In this document: positions 36,116 to 48,410 of the stretch, in pieces
How the letters are laid out: each line of letters opens with the position of its first letter
How positions within the stretch are numbered: position 1 is the stretch's first letter
Source: Elsinoe ampelina
Taxonomy: Eukaryota
Reading direction: 5' to 3'
NCBI GenBank assembly: GCA_010093995.1
Contig: ML992504.1
Span: 930,001 to 994,000 of the forward strand
DNA: 64,000 nucleotides
Program-made: the position numbers and the translations under genes
The notes under the pieces: generated by a model
Seen by the model: the letters and a program-made list of their open reading frames with translations, nothing else
Told to the model about the DNA's origin: nothing
Database searches by the model: none

Positions 36116-37081
36116 ACCCTTAGCAGGGAATGGAATGTCCAGATGCAGGGGAATCACGATTGATCAATGACTCGAGAGATCCGGAGCATCCGCCGTTGAA
36201 ACCACCTTCGATGAGCAATCGAGTCTCATGTCAATTGAGCCTAGTGGAAGTTTCCCGGCATGTGGTCAGAGCTGGACTGATCAGAAATGTAGCATGACCC
36301 GCAAGAAACGTAGCGGGGATCTAGAGAGGTGCAAGAAAGAAGTGAGGTTGTATGTCGACTAGAAGGGAATAATCAGATCTGGTGGAGCACGTCTGATGGA
36401 TGGCTGAAGCGAGCTTGGTGAGCTTCCACTAGCTTGTCGTCGATTGCCGGTGAGGGAATTCTTCGTGCAAATCTCGGAAGAAGATCTCTTCAGAATGGGC
36501 TTGGGGTATCGCTGTGATTTTGTAACGGAGCCTTTGAGCAAAGAAAAAGGTCCGTCCTTTGGTGTCGCGACGTCAGCCCAAGGCAGGCTTGAATCATGGG
36601 CACTTAATTCGGTTATCCTCGCCGACGGCCCATTATTTTAAGATGCCAATCAGCGTCGACGTTTGTCGATGCTCCCGCTTTGTCTCATCTCCAGGCGCTG
36701 TTATTCAGCCGCTTACTACCATGGCTCAGGATTTGAGTTCCCAGTGTCGCTCTGTCGCTCTTGCGGCAAAAGCCTATATTATTATATAGCCCTAACATTC
36801 GCAATTCAACCTTAGTTGTCCTCTAGGGCTTCCTTTTAGGGTCTCACACTGCACACTCGGTACTCTCCCACGGTCGAACCATCATTGAATGTAGCTATTT
36901 CAAGCTGCCCGTGCTATACTCACAGAAGAGTTTGGCATCAACCACATGTATAAATACTTCGAGTATTCAGGTGACCATCCGAGTACACAACCCTTCCCCG
37001 GGCTTCTCGTCGCCTCGATCGAGAGCCTTGATCTGCACACTGCATGTTTCCCGACGGTCGTGCATACATTCCCGAAGGATT

Positions 37082-37358
37082 AGTGGGTGTTAATTCACCC
37101 CCCACCGAGATTTTGCCGATGTTCGCTGCGTACTCAAGATAGGTATACCAAATACCACAACTTGCTCCACCGTTATTTTGAAAGTTCTGCAAATTGTGTC
37201 ATGCTCTGAACGAGGCATAAAAACATCAGGAGTAGTTTCACGTTGAACAGACTGTGTTAAGGGGGCCATTTTGAGTAGTAAAGTGGTAGATAATACATGA
37301 AGATTTGGGGTCAAGGTTGCGGCTGAATGTCGGTGGGGGATGAACCATGACACCCACT
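37082..37358. mobile_element. Degenerate MITE-like element with ~35-bp imperfect terminal inverted repeats
   Basis: AGTGGGTGTTAATTCACCCCCCACCGAGATTTTGCCG versus the reverse complement of the right end, AGTGGGTGTCATGGTTCATCCCCCACCGACATTCAGCCG; AT-richer interior; no clean TSD. Confidence 0.55.
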
Positions 37359-38065
37359 CGGTGGTTGAGCCCCATGTTCACTCATATGGGCCCAATTGTT
37401 ACTGATACCGTTCGGCCCGAGCGATGGCCTGCCCACCATTGATCGCAACGGTAATTGACATGGTCTGCAGCCTTTTTTGGAGGATGCTTGTCCACCGCAT
37501 GTTTGAGATTGACCAAATATACTGCCGAGGCAAAAAAGCGGCCTGCAGATCTGTCCGCTTACTCATTCACAACTCATGCGGTTGCGGCCCTGAACGCCCG
37601 AGAGTGGTAGAGGTTGCAGACGTGTTCGGGTCTCCATTTCTTGTTGCATGAGGTACCGAAGAAGGTTCTTTTCAACGACGACGGCCAAGGGCAGAAGGTC
37701 GAAACGTGAGTCATTATTCTCACGAGACCACTTGGCCTCACTCCTCGAACCCTCGTGGCATGGTTCTTGCAGTGGTTGTGTCCATAGGGTTAAAGAAGTT
37801 TATCCAGTCCCATCACCATGGAAGGAAATAATGACAAGCTATATTATTACGTCACGCGCCAAAAGTCTTGTAGCTTGGTACCATACGAATTCGATATTTC
37901 AGATGGTACATATGTGACGTGGCGGTGCAGCGTGGGATGTGAGGTGGACATCGAAGGGCCGAAACACCTCCCCCGAGAGTCTGCATCGGCCAATTCGAAT
38001 TCGTTTTCATCATTGATTCTATCATTAACTTCGCCTCCAGAAACAAACTCTGTTCAAACTCTCTT

Positions 38066-38848
38066 TCATAGGCTACTCCTTCTGGGAAACGATACACCCT
38101 CTACAGCTGCATTGTCGGTAAACCATGACACCCTCTCACCAGCCCCCTCATTCACCAGACCACATGGCAAGGCCCGACCATCCTCTGTCTCCAATATCTG
38201 CTTCAAGACTTCCCTTTTCCCGCTCCCTGTTGCGACAAATGCGATCTTCGCTCCGTGTAGCACTACTGGCAGACTCAATGTGATCCGTTTTGGTGGGGGC
38301 TTTGGAGAGTCCGAAATGCTTAGAACCCAAGCATCCTGTTCCCTGAGCAGAGGATGCCCTGGGAAGAGAGAACACGTATGTCCGTCGGGGCCCATTCCGA
38401 GCAGGATCAGGTCGAATAGTGGTAACTTGACCGAGTCCCTCGCAGCAAACACCGAGACCAGCGTTTTCTCATATTGATCCGCCATCTCTTGCACGTCGTC
38501 TAGGTATTTCTCATCGATGGGGAACACTTTCGGTTTGCCCAGCTCTTCCGGGATCTTGTCCAGCAATTCATCTTTCACCAACTTGTAGTTGCTATCCTCG
38601 TGGTCGAGGGGTACACACCGTTCATCGGCGAAGAAGACTTCCCATTTGTTGAAGTCGACCTTGTCGGAACCGCTTTGACTGAGCAAGCCTTGTGCAAGGG
38701 TCTTTGGAAGGGATCCGCCAGACACTGCGACTCGGAACACCCCGTGCCTTTCGAGCGCTGCGTTCTGTTGGGTGATCACATATGTTCGTAGAGCCGCGGC
38801 GACTTCGCCCGTGGTCGGAAATGAGTAGAGACTTGGTGGTTTGCCCAT
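38066..38848 (-). CDS. SOL1: 6-phosphogluconolactonase (SOL1/SOL3 family)
   Basis: VAVSGGSLP, FFADERCVPLDHEDSNY, FDLILLGMGPDGHTCSLFPGH, DSPKPPPKRITLSLP. Confidence 0.95.
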   Translation of the reverse strand: MGKPPSLYSFPTTGEVAAALRTYVITQQNAALERHGVFRVAVSGGSLPKTLAQGLLSQSGSDKVDFNKWEVFFADERCVPLDHEDSNYKLVKDELLDKIPEELGKPKVFPIDEKYLDDVQEMADQYEKTLVSVFAARDSVKLPLFDLILLGMGPDGHTCSLFPGHPLLREQDAWVLSISDSPKPPPKRITLSLPVVLHGAKIAFVATGSGKREVLKQILETEDGRALPCGLVNEGAGERVSWFTDNAAVEGVSFPRRSSL

Positions 38849-41144
38849 TGTGCTTGATGTTGGTCGATTCGGTAAGGACTGGACGTGTGAAGTGTTCCGC
38901 TTGCGCCGAGAGAAGTGAAAACCTGCAAGCTGACTGATCAATTCTTCTTATCAGCGATTCTTACACTGCCCGTGCAAGGAAATTATCCCTTCTGAGGTTG
39001 GCCGTCCCAATGCCGATCCGGCGAGCAATTCTTGCGTCACAGAAGCTTGGACCATGACTTGTTTCCAGAAGCATCCCGAGTGGGGGATGGTTCAATGTCG
39101 TGTAAACATTTGTTTTATCTCGTTCTCATCCTCGTCCTTGATCATGGTCCAAACAGCTTTTATATAAGGCTGATCTTTCTTCTGATATCACGCACGAGAA
39201 ATGAATATTACCATGTGGTCAAAATTCAAGTAGCAGCCACGTGGGGTTAATGCAAGCGCTGTACTTGTCATAGTGCTTGCCACGTACAGCAATGCAAGAC
39301 ACTAGCCAGAAGTCCTCGACGCTCGCCAAAGCCGTAGCGGAGCCATAGATGGTCATAGGCCTCCCGGGTTGCATTCTCCGTTTGCGATTAGTCGTGTCCG
39401 AGGAGAGTTATTCAGTATCCAAAGTATGTCGAATGACTGATCATCCGTTACCTTCTGCTATACAAGAGTGGTTGTCTTTCAGGAAGTATCGATCAATCTC
39501 AAGTCTTCACAGACTCAAACGCAGAGCACGTACCTCATGTGAGTATGCTATCCCTCATCTTGGAGATCGGCGCCACGAGCGAAGCTGGCGCGATATTTTC
39601 TACAGCCATGACCACTACCAGCACACTGCAAAAATGTTGTACGATCTCGCGATGGTTGGGCTATCGCGTGCAGGACTATTACTGAGGGTGGTCCAAACTT
39701 TGACAATTTGGAGCCTTGCATGAACGGCTCCTCCAGTTCGCCAATGTGGCATTTGCAAGATCGTCGATCATACACAAGTTGTGATGCCGAAGAGATGTAA
39801 GGTGTAATTGTGATGAGGCAGATTTGATGGAGACGGAATCTCCAAAGACCGTTCTAGGCCCGGGGGAACGCCAATTCTCCAGTGAGGCTGACACTAACGT
39901 CTGATTTGTGCAGCAAGACCAGACACATCGTCCCAAAGTTGTCCATCACGCTCCAGGTGGCTTACGAGACGGACGCCTCTAGAACATCTGCCACAAAGTG
40001 TCAGAGGACTGTTCCAGGTCTGCTGTCCCACTATGCGACCAGCCCCGGCATCTCTGACCAGTGTGACGGGCGGTATCGTAGTCGTTCAGACCCTGAACGG
40101 CTTGGCTGGACCTTTGCAAGGGAGCTGGACTGCCAAAGCTTGAGAGCCACTATCTTCTTCGTTCGCAAGCCGACACAATCAGAGGAAACTAGGCTGGGTG
40201 CTGAGGGGAACGGTTGCATATTACTTGCAGGCTTTACCGCAGTCTCTGGCCGCAGATTCGCAAGGAGATTTACCGTACATCTGCAGTCGACGAACTTCCT
40301 GCCAAAAGGCCAGGCCACTTTCAGTCGAGCAGCTTCCCACTTCAGATAGTCGAGGGAATGAATCCGAGTACCAATGGGGTGCATGGAGCTCTGTTTCTCC
40401 ACACCGAATATGACCCGAGAGACATGAAAGCCGGAACGAACAGTTTGTGTGAAGAATACTGACGGGCCAACGGCTTATCCGTTTCTCATTGTGGTTGGAA
40501 AGAGGCGGACCCGGACCTTTGCAGTTCCAGCGTCGCTACAACTTGCAGCCTGGACGCAAGAAGCTCATCAGAATACTGGATAATGGCTTAACGGTGGAGA
40601 GCCTGACTTGGTCATGAAGGCGATAAACATTCTGATGTGTATTGTCATTCCAAAGCGCATAATCCAGTCAGCCACCATCCTTCGTAAAGGCATACTTCGT
40701 AAAGGCATGAAGAATACATCGTCGATTGACCTGCAGGGATGTCAACTGTTGTCAAGGATACCGCATTCTCTGAGCGATCATGCGTAGACGTTTAGTGAAG
40801 CAAAGACAAACCGTCATGCATGAGTAGCGATGCAGACTTCAGGGTCGTTCTTCCCTGGCGGCCTCGGAGCTCTGCAGCGATTAGAGTTGACAGAGCGTTT
40901 CTCGCGGCTACCGAAATAAAGTTGATTGGCACAACGTTGGGCTTGTCAAAACCGTAACCTGAAAGTCTCGGATGTGGCGCCGCTTGGACGGATGAACCGT
41001 GCGCCGGATCGAGATGCACTTTGTCGCTACCACGCAGTGGATCTTCGATGTGCCTTTGAAACGCGAGAACAGCGTATATGTTGCCGCGTCCCCCCGCTGC
41101 AGAAATGGCAAGACACTCACATATTGGCTCGTCGATCCTTCAAC

Positions 41145-41681
41145 ATGTTCTCTGCCAGAGATATAGTCCCTCCCTCCCGCCAACCTTGCTACTTTTCCAT
41201 CACACCTGGACGAACATCGATATCTCCCAACGTCGAGACGCCTTTGTACTCGCCGGAATACCAGAACCTCGACACACCCATCGCCGAACCGGGCAACCCA
41301 CTGCTGGCTATTAGGCCTGCTGCTGCGACTGCCTCGCCATATCGACCTACAAACAAGATGGACGCTTCCAAGTTACTGCAACTACAGACCCAGGCTTCAC
41401 TTCAGCCTGCGAGGGCAAGGCCTCAACCTCATCCCGTCCAGGACGTACACGTCGTCAGCGGCTCGTCCGCCAACTCTCAAACCAGCAATGGTTCCGGTGC
41501 GAGTTCATCCTCATCCGGCAAATCATATTTCACTTCTTCTATGGCCACTGCACGCTGCTCGCGCTGCCATCGCACACCAAGTCTCGATGTGGTCACGGGC
41601 AAGAGCAACATGATCGAGTATGGACTCAATCTCTTCTACTGCACAAGGTGTGCCAACATTGTCGGATTCCGCAGCCGGTAA
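41145..41681 (+). CDS. Small fungal hypothetical protein with C-terminal CxxC..CxxC zinc-binding motif
   Basis: Ser-rich ORF ending ARCSRCHR..MIEYGLNLFYCTRCANIVGF; start codon uncertain (41145 or 41358). Confidence 0.65.
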   Translation: MFSARDIVPPSRQPCYFSITPGRTSISPNVETPLYSPEYQNLDTPIAEPGNPLLAIRPAAATASPYRPTNKMDASKLLQLQTQASLQPARARPQPHPVQDVHVVSGSSANSQTSNGSGASSSSSGKSYFTSSMATARCSRCHRTPSLDVVTGKSNMIEYGLNLFYCTRCANIVGFRSR

Positions 41682-43814
41682 ACAGCTGTTCTCCAAGCAT
41701 TCCGACGCGTTCCGACGACAGTGCCACCTTGCCGTTCGCGGTCGGCAAATAGTGACCTGTCGTTGACAGAGTCCGAGCTCCACGCATACTACCTCACGAC
41801 ATTCATGGTTCATCAACTGGATTGCCGACTGCACAACGGTTGTCACGACATCCATCTTCACTCACGACGGCTTTTATTGGCAGACAGAACGAAAGCACAG
41901 AACGATATGACAGCATTGGGTTCAGGAGCGCATCGATTTGGAGTTCATTCCAGAGTCCAGACCACATTCCAACCGACAGATGTGGCATGATGAGCAGCGA
42001 TGCTTTTACGAAATGTACGAATTTCCTTTTTCATGGATGAGGCTTTTCATGGGGAAAGACAAAGATACCCCCTCAGCGAAGTGCTTGAGCATACTAGACA
42101 GCAGTTCCAATTATCTGGCAGAGCCAAATCTGCCCAAACTTTCAACTCTTATCGGTTCCTACCTCGTGATACTCATTTTTCATTTTCCCTTCCCGGCCGG
42201 AGACAAGGCCAACGTTTGCATGCAGCGAGAAAGTCAAGTCAAGCTCCCCTGAGCGGCTTTGTGAAGCTTTGGAGAAGATCGACGATCCATTTTTTGAGCC
42301 AATCAGAATTCGAGCTTCGAATGATTCATCCACGTTTTCGGGCTCCAGGCCTGCCCAATCTCTCCCACCAAAAGCCATCTCTGAGGCAGCTGACCTGCGT
42401 GGTGAGTCTATGTACGGGAACCCGGCATTTTCTTGTGCGAAAGACAGGAGGATAGGTCTGAGGGGGTGGCGGCGTTGGATACCACTACAATTTACTGGGC
42501 GCGTACTCCAGATACCGATGTACTGCCCAAGGCTCGATGGCACTCTTGAACATACTGTTCCAACTGGCCCAGCCTTGGTAGCAGTCATGCAGCGGCCTCT
42601 CAATTCAATGTGTTCTTGCCTGAATGGGCCAAGGACACGGCAGAGCCGCATCTCATCTCAGATCTGACATTGACGTGTCGAGCCATGCCGCGTCGTTCCC
42701 CAAGAGTTTGCAGGTGCTCACTGGCCGCCTCACTCGGCCAGTCGGCACTGACAGGCCAGTCACGGATCCCACGGCGATGGTACACTGAAGGCAGCACAAT
42801 TCTTGAAAGCGGCCGAGGGACACATCTCAATAAACGCATGTTCAAGGAGTCACCCAGCGGCTTCTGACCAATATTGTGGTCATCTCTGTCATCCTTGCGA
42901 GAATGACACAATCCACAAGCATGTCGAGCCGCTCCATCATCACCGCTCGCGACATTGTTGTTGTTGTCGTTGTACCTGACGCGGACGTGGAGCCGTCACC
43001 AAATGCACTAGCATGTTCTCGTGGGAAGACTGCAGGGTGACCGTTTGACGAAGATCAAGATACATCGCCCGCACAAAGGACGAGCAGGAAACGACATCGC
43101 TGATGTGGCCTCCTGCATGACCGCGACAAGTCAGCGATTATCCCCGCCGAATCACCATCGCACCCGTGGCCAGTCACGAAAATAAGCTTAAAGGCCCTTG
43201 TGGCTCAGGAAAGGAGGCTGTTTCGGGTGATTCCATCTTCGATGATAATTCCAATGCAGGGCTGTCATCGAGATGACTATTTTCATCGAGATGGCCGCTG
43301 ATCTCCCGAACAGCCACTTTGGTGGAACAGCTAGCAGCAGCCAATTCTGAAGGCTCAATGTGAGACCCTGGCCGGAAAGAGGCAGACCCATCGGTCGATC
43401 AGTTCGCACGCGTTCGGTAGGGGAAAACTCTGTGGCTTGTGACAGATCCTGAACAAGCGCCGCAAGCGCGTGCGGCTCCTTTGCTCGAGCGACACCGGAT
43501 GAAGCCGTCTCCGACAGATTTGCAGCTCGCCACAGAGAAAAAACATCCAGCAGTTGGCGAAGGCGCACAGGCCTTGGTTGCGAATATTAAGCTTGAAGCG
43601 TACAAAGTCGCTGCCACGCCAGCCACCCCACCCCACCTGTTACGCAGACGCACTCCTCGGTGACAGCGACATGGCTTTCTGACCAACGTTTCAAACGATT
43701 CCATCTTTTCCTGCAGTCGTTCCACAACCAGCAGTGCGGCTCCAAGCCACGCAATGCTTGACCAACGGTTCGCTAAAGATCCTGTCAACATGTACGAACA
43801 TGTATGGACCTGCC

Positions 43815-45649
43815 ATGGCCTCTACCGAGATGAGCTCGCCAACAACGTCTTAGATCACCGACCCTGAGCTGAAGCGGCTACTGTTGCGGCATCATGAACT
43901 ACACCAATGGCTTGACCGTTTGCCATATAGTCCTCAGCTGTACGTTGAGATTTCGGATATCTACGCCAAACTCGGGTATCCCGATCTTGCGGTTGGAGCT
44001 GCCTACAAAGCTCTTCTCCTGACGGATGCCATCGAAGACGATACAGACGAGTATCACGAGGAGACCCTGACGGATACCGTGGGCTCATCCCCACAAATAC
44101 CCGCTGAACTTGTCCCGTCCTTACAGCCACTGGGCGTTGCATCCATTGCAGCATTATCCCTGCACGACCATGACTCCGCGGACGAACCAGCGGTGGACCA
44201 GTCGGACGAACATGCCGGCATCCTCGTATGGGCCGGAGAAGTATTGAGACCGTTGATGTTAGTCCACGACACCTGCAGAAGACGTTGCCACTGTATCTGA
44301 CTTACGACAGCCACCGAATCTTGGCTCGGAATCTCCTGCATTGTGGATGCTACCGCAGTGCTTACCAGCAATGCAAGCAGGGCCTGCAGCGTCTCCAAGG
44401 TGATGAGGAGCTGTCCAATCTCCAAAGGTCCATACTGCAGTCCGTGAAGGACCACTATGACCGGTCAGGAGATGCGCCACCAGAACGCCTTGAAGATGAG
44501 CAGGAGGATTGGCCCGACTCGGGGCTTGTTCGGCGTGAATGCTATTCCTGGAACGACCTTGAGCCTGACCGATTCTCGAAAGAAAGTCTTGAATTTGTCA
44601 ATGCCGAAATGGCAAAGTGCGCTCCTAAGCTAGAGGTCAAGGCCGTAGAGCTGCCTGCCCTGACCGCAGACTCCACAGAGAGTACATCCAAACAGCTAGG
44701 CGTCTTTGCACGAGAAGACCTTGCCCCAGGCGAAGTCATTCTCGACGAGACTTCGCTGCTCACCGCGAACAACAGACTCCAGGACACACTTTGCGACGCG
44801 TGCGGCGTCGACATTGAGTCCTCAGGTAAGTCCAACAGCACAAGCTGCGAAGAATGCTACACCCTCTTCTGCAGCCCTACCTGCCACTCCTCCGCGCAAA
44901 CCAGCTACCACCCCTCCGTCTGCGACAAAGACACCGACTCCATCGCCCGCGACGTGCCTCCCGCCCAAGCAGCAGACAGCCTTTACCTACTCCTCCTCCT
45001 CCGCAGCCTCGCCAGGTCAGACACCCAATCCATCCACCCCCTCAACCTCAAAGAGACCAAATTCATCTGGGGCGACTACCACTCCACCCCCTTGACGACC
45101 TGGTCCCCACCAACACCCACCGACCCCTTCGCCTCCTTCCCCCGCACCCTCCCCTTCACCTTCTCCCTCTCCGTCGTCCTCCCCTTCCACCTCCTCACCA
45201 AAATGGACGTCAACATCTTCACCTCCTTCCGCACCTACGACGTCTGGATCTTCAACACCCTCTACGCCAAGTTCCGCGGCACGGCGTCGGCACGGTTCAC
45301 CCCTCGAACCTCGCAGGGTGGCGGGCTGAAACTCGGCCGCGCGATGCAAGGCCCCGAGGTGTCGGCTGTGCACCCGAATTGGTGTCTGGCGAATCACAGC
45401 TGTGATCCGAACGTGGAGTGGGAGTGGGGAGGACGGGTGCAGTTCAGGGTGAGGGGGGAGAGGAGGGAGTGGGTCAGGGGAGAGGAGAGGAGGGGGAGGA
45501 AGCAGGCGGGGATCAGGGAGGGGGAGGAGGTGGTGAGTCATTATTGCGATGTGGGGTTGGGGGTCAGGGAGAGGAGGGAGTGGGCTGTGGGAGCGCTTGG
45601 GGGACGGTGTAGGTGTGAGAGGTGTGTTTGGGAGGCTGGGGAGGAGTAG
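43815..45649 (+). CDS. SET/MYND-domain lysine methyltransferase-like protein, 2 exons
   Basis: N-terminal YAKLGYPDLAVGAAYKALLL; QLGVFAREDLAPGEVIL; MYND CDAC..CEEC..FCSPTC..H..C; LANHSCDPN; EEVVSHYCD; post-SET CRCERC; intron ~44258-44310. Confidence 0.9.
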
Positions 45650-47153
45650 GAGGAGGAGTGATGTGGATGGGAAGGGACACTTATCGAGGAGAGTATTGAG
45701 GACGAGTGAGGGTTGGGATGTAGGAGGGTGTGGGAAGTTGTGCTGGAGGGGATGACGGTGGCGAGTTTTCACATGTCGGACGGACAAGAGAGGGCGTGCG
45801 CATGTGCGTGTGCTTGCATGGGCAGACCTTTGAGGAGATGTCTGGAAGCGGACGTGGCGGGATTGAGATGCAGCGAATAAATCACTGGACAACACTTGCG
45901 TGTCGAAGATTGTGTTTCTGTGTTTACACCACGCCAAGTCATGGTCGAGGAGGCTTGGTCGTCGGCGCAAACAAGCATGTGTGGATGTTGTTGAGACGGA
46001 TGTGGCGGCAGGACAGAATCAGCTTGCGGCGAATGGTCGACTGTTCACATGTCGGAGGCGTGTGTGTTGACAGCTGAAGGCGACGTACACCCTGCAGCAT
46101 ACCGGAGACCTGGTTGGTGGTGTGGCAACCTTGAACGCTCGGAAGGAATATTGCTCCACACCCAGGGCAATGCGCACCTGTTCGGACGGCTGGAACGGGT
46201 GAGGCATGGAGGAGCACAGGTCGACGTTGGGGCATTGGCAGCCCACGCGAGGTTTGTGGCGTTTAAGCATGCGGATGGGGGGATACATGCGTGAGGTAAC
46301 GCGTTTAAGCATGTCCCGGGAGGCAGTGTGGACGGTTGACTGCAAGAGGCCCGGCGTTCCCGTTTGTTGATCGCAATGGCCGGCTGCAGTCGTCGTTCGT
46401 CCGGCGAAGCCGTTCTGTGGTTGGTAGGTCTTCTGGTGGTGTGGAGGACGGTGAAGTCAAGAAGACGCAGCATGCAGGGTCAACGGCAGCAAAGACGGAA
46501 GAGATTGCCAGACGCCCGTGCATACTTTTTCTGATCTGCATACTTGGAACAATTGAGTTGGATGCACGTTGGAGGGATTTGCTCGGACACGATTGCCACT
46601 ACAGATATCCCTGAAAAGCTTCACCAGAGGTACGAGAGGAAAAGTACCGTAAACAATCTCATGGAGCTACGACAGAGCTAGACCCCTGCATTCCTGTCAA
46701 AAATGCCATGAGATTGCCCCTCGGTTAGATCTACATGCCAATCAATTTTTGATTCGTCCGAGATGACGGGAGCGAATCACGGTCAAGCGGTCCAGATGTC
46801 TTTCGACCTTCCTGACTCGAGTCAAGGTTTCCCATGGCTTCTTTTTTGTCCCAGACCCCTGAGAGCCGCAGACCGCAGACCGCAGACCGCCCAATGTCCA
46901 ACGTCGTGAGTTTGTCAGCGCCATGGACCTCGCCGTTCGAGGTCTCTCAACTTCACCTGCTGTTCGTTCTATCATCACGTGCGTCCAGTGATTTTGTAGC
47001 CTTCAAAGCAGACTCGAGCAGAGCTAGGTCGTGCAAAGAAGTCGTCGTGTAACCAGACCTGACACCGTCAAGATGGAACATTGACAATCAACGCACGAGA
47101 CGACTCCAGTGTCTCGTGCAGAGCAGGACCCGATCAATGTCATTGAAGTGACC

Positions 47154-48275
47154 ATGAACGACGCCGTCATCGAGCCCCTCGACAAGCACGACTCACCCAT
47201 GGACGTCGACTTTCCCAAACCCACCCCAGAAGCAGAAGGCATGTCCCTCGCCTCCCCCTTCTCACCTCTCCCCACTAACAACCCACCCCCAGACATCTAC
47301 CGCTCCGACCTCCTCGCCGTCCGCCCCACCCCCAACGCCGGCCTCGGCCTCTTCGCCCTCGCCCCCATCCCCTCCGGCACACGCCTCATCTCAGAATCCC
47401 CCCTCGTCACCCTCCCCGACATGGCCGACCTCCCGGACCTCTACACCCTCATCACCGCCCTCCCCCCCACTCAACAATCATCCTTCTGGTCCCTGTCCGC
47501 CTACCCCCGCCCCCACCACGAAGTAGACTACATCCCCGCCCTCCGCGCGACCTACACGGGCCCATCCTCCACCTTCGACACGCACTGCGACACGGTCCTC
47601 TCGGCCTGGCTCATCTACGAAACCAACCGCTTCACCGTGCGCTCCTCCCGCTCCGGCGCAAAAGACCACATGGGCCTCTTCCCGCTCTCCGCCCGCCTCA
47701 ACCACTCGTGCCGCCCCAACGTCTTCCACCGCCACAACCACCTCGTCGGCCGCCTCACCGTCCACGCCCTGCGCGACATCGCCCCCGGCGAGGAGGTCTG
47801 CACTTCTTACATCGACGTCGTGCGCCCCACCCAGGATCGCAGGCGTGTGCTGCGCCATTGGGGCTTCAAGTGCGCTTGCGTCCTGTGCGCGCGCCCGGGG
47901 AGTCACTCCGAGCAGCGGCGCAGGAAGCTGGAGGACATGACGCGGAGGATGCGCAGGGAGGAAGGGCGGAGGGGGATGATGGGGTGGGGACAGTGGGAGT
48001 TTGCCAAGGCGTTGGGGGTGTTGGAGGAGATGGTGGCGTTGATGGAGGAGGAGGGGTTGGTGGAGAGTGATACGTTGGGGGAGGTGTTGGGGTTGGGGGC
48101 TGAGTATGCGATGGGGTTGGGGTGGTGGGGCATGGCGAGGGAGTGGGCGACGAGGGCGTTGGAGGTGGAGGAGAGGGGGCTGGGGAGGGATGGGAGTGAG
48201 TGGTTGGAGGCGAAGGAGAGGTTGGAGGCGGCGGAGAGGGGGGAGAGGGAGGCGAAAGAGGGCAAGGGGGGATAG
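47154..48275 (+). CDS. SET-domain protein (SMYD/SET5-like, no MYND insert)
   Basis: AGLGLFALAPIPSGTRLISESP; GLFPLSARLNHSCRPN; ALRDIAPGEEVCTSYID; WGFKCACVLC; helical C-terminus. An upstream exon is possible. Confidence 0.9.
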   Translation: MNDAVIEPLDKHDSPMDVDFPKPTPEAEGMSLASPFSPLPTNNPPPDIYRSDLLAVRPTPNAGLGLFALAPIPSGTRLISESPLVTLPDMADLPDLYTLITALPPTQQSSFWSLSAYPRPHHEVDYIPALRATYTGPSSTFDTHCDTVLSAWLIYETNRFTVRSSRSGAKDHMGLFPLSARLNHSCRPNVFHRHNHLVGRLTVHALRDIAPGEEVCTSYIDVVRPTQDRRRVLRHWGFKCACVLCARPGSHSEQRRRKLEDMTRRMRREEGRRGMMGWGQWEFAKALGVLEEMVALMEEEGLVESDTLGEVLGLGAEYAMGLGWWGMAREWATRALEVEERGLGRDGSEWLEAKERLEAAERGEREAKEGKGG

Positions 48276-48410
48276 AGTGATGATGGAGAAACAGTAGACG
48301 CATCATAGATATGGGTAAAAGTTGTTGGTCTGATTCATTCATGATTATGCATGCACATTAACATTACCATTTATCCCGGCCAGCCGTGTCCCTCCAGCAA
48401 TGCGGTCCCT

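Noticed and set aside
36775..36845. CCCTAAC / TTAGGG words near a TATA-like stretch; considered as a telomerase RNA template or interstitial telomere
   Set aside because: Only isolated single units. There is no 1.5-repeat template such as TAACCCTAA and no tandem array.
39349..40462. Several 70-155 aa ORFs on both strands
   Set aside because: No recognisable motif, no consistent splice model and no codon bias; left unannotated.
45700..46620. Overlapping Cys/His-containing ORFs and short repeats (TTCACATGTCGGA x2, GCGTTTAAGCATG x2) between the SET genes
   Set aside because: No coherent protein or element boundaries; compatible with G/T-rich UTR or intergenic sequence.
44854..48342. Long Pro/His- or Gly/Arg-rich alternative-frame ORFs overlapping the SET genes (similar ones at 26556-27770 and 57438-58459)
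   Set aside because: Shadow ORFs produced by the C/G skew and stop-codon depletion of the real genes.
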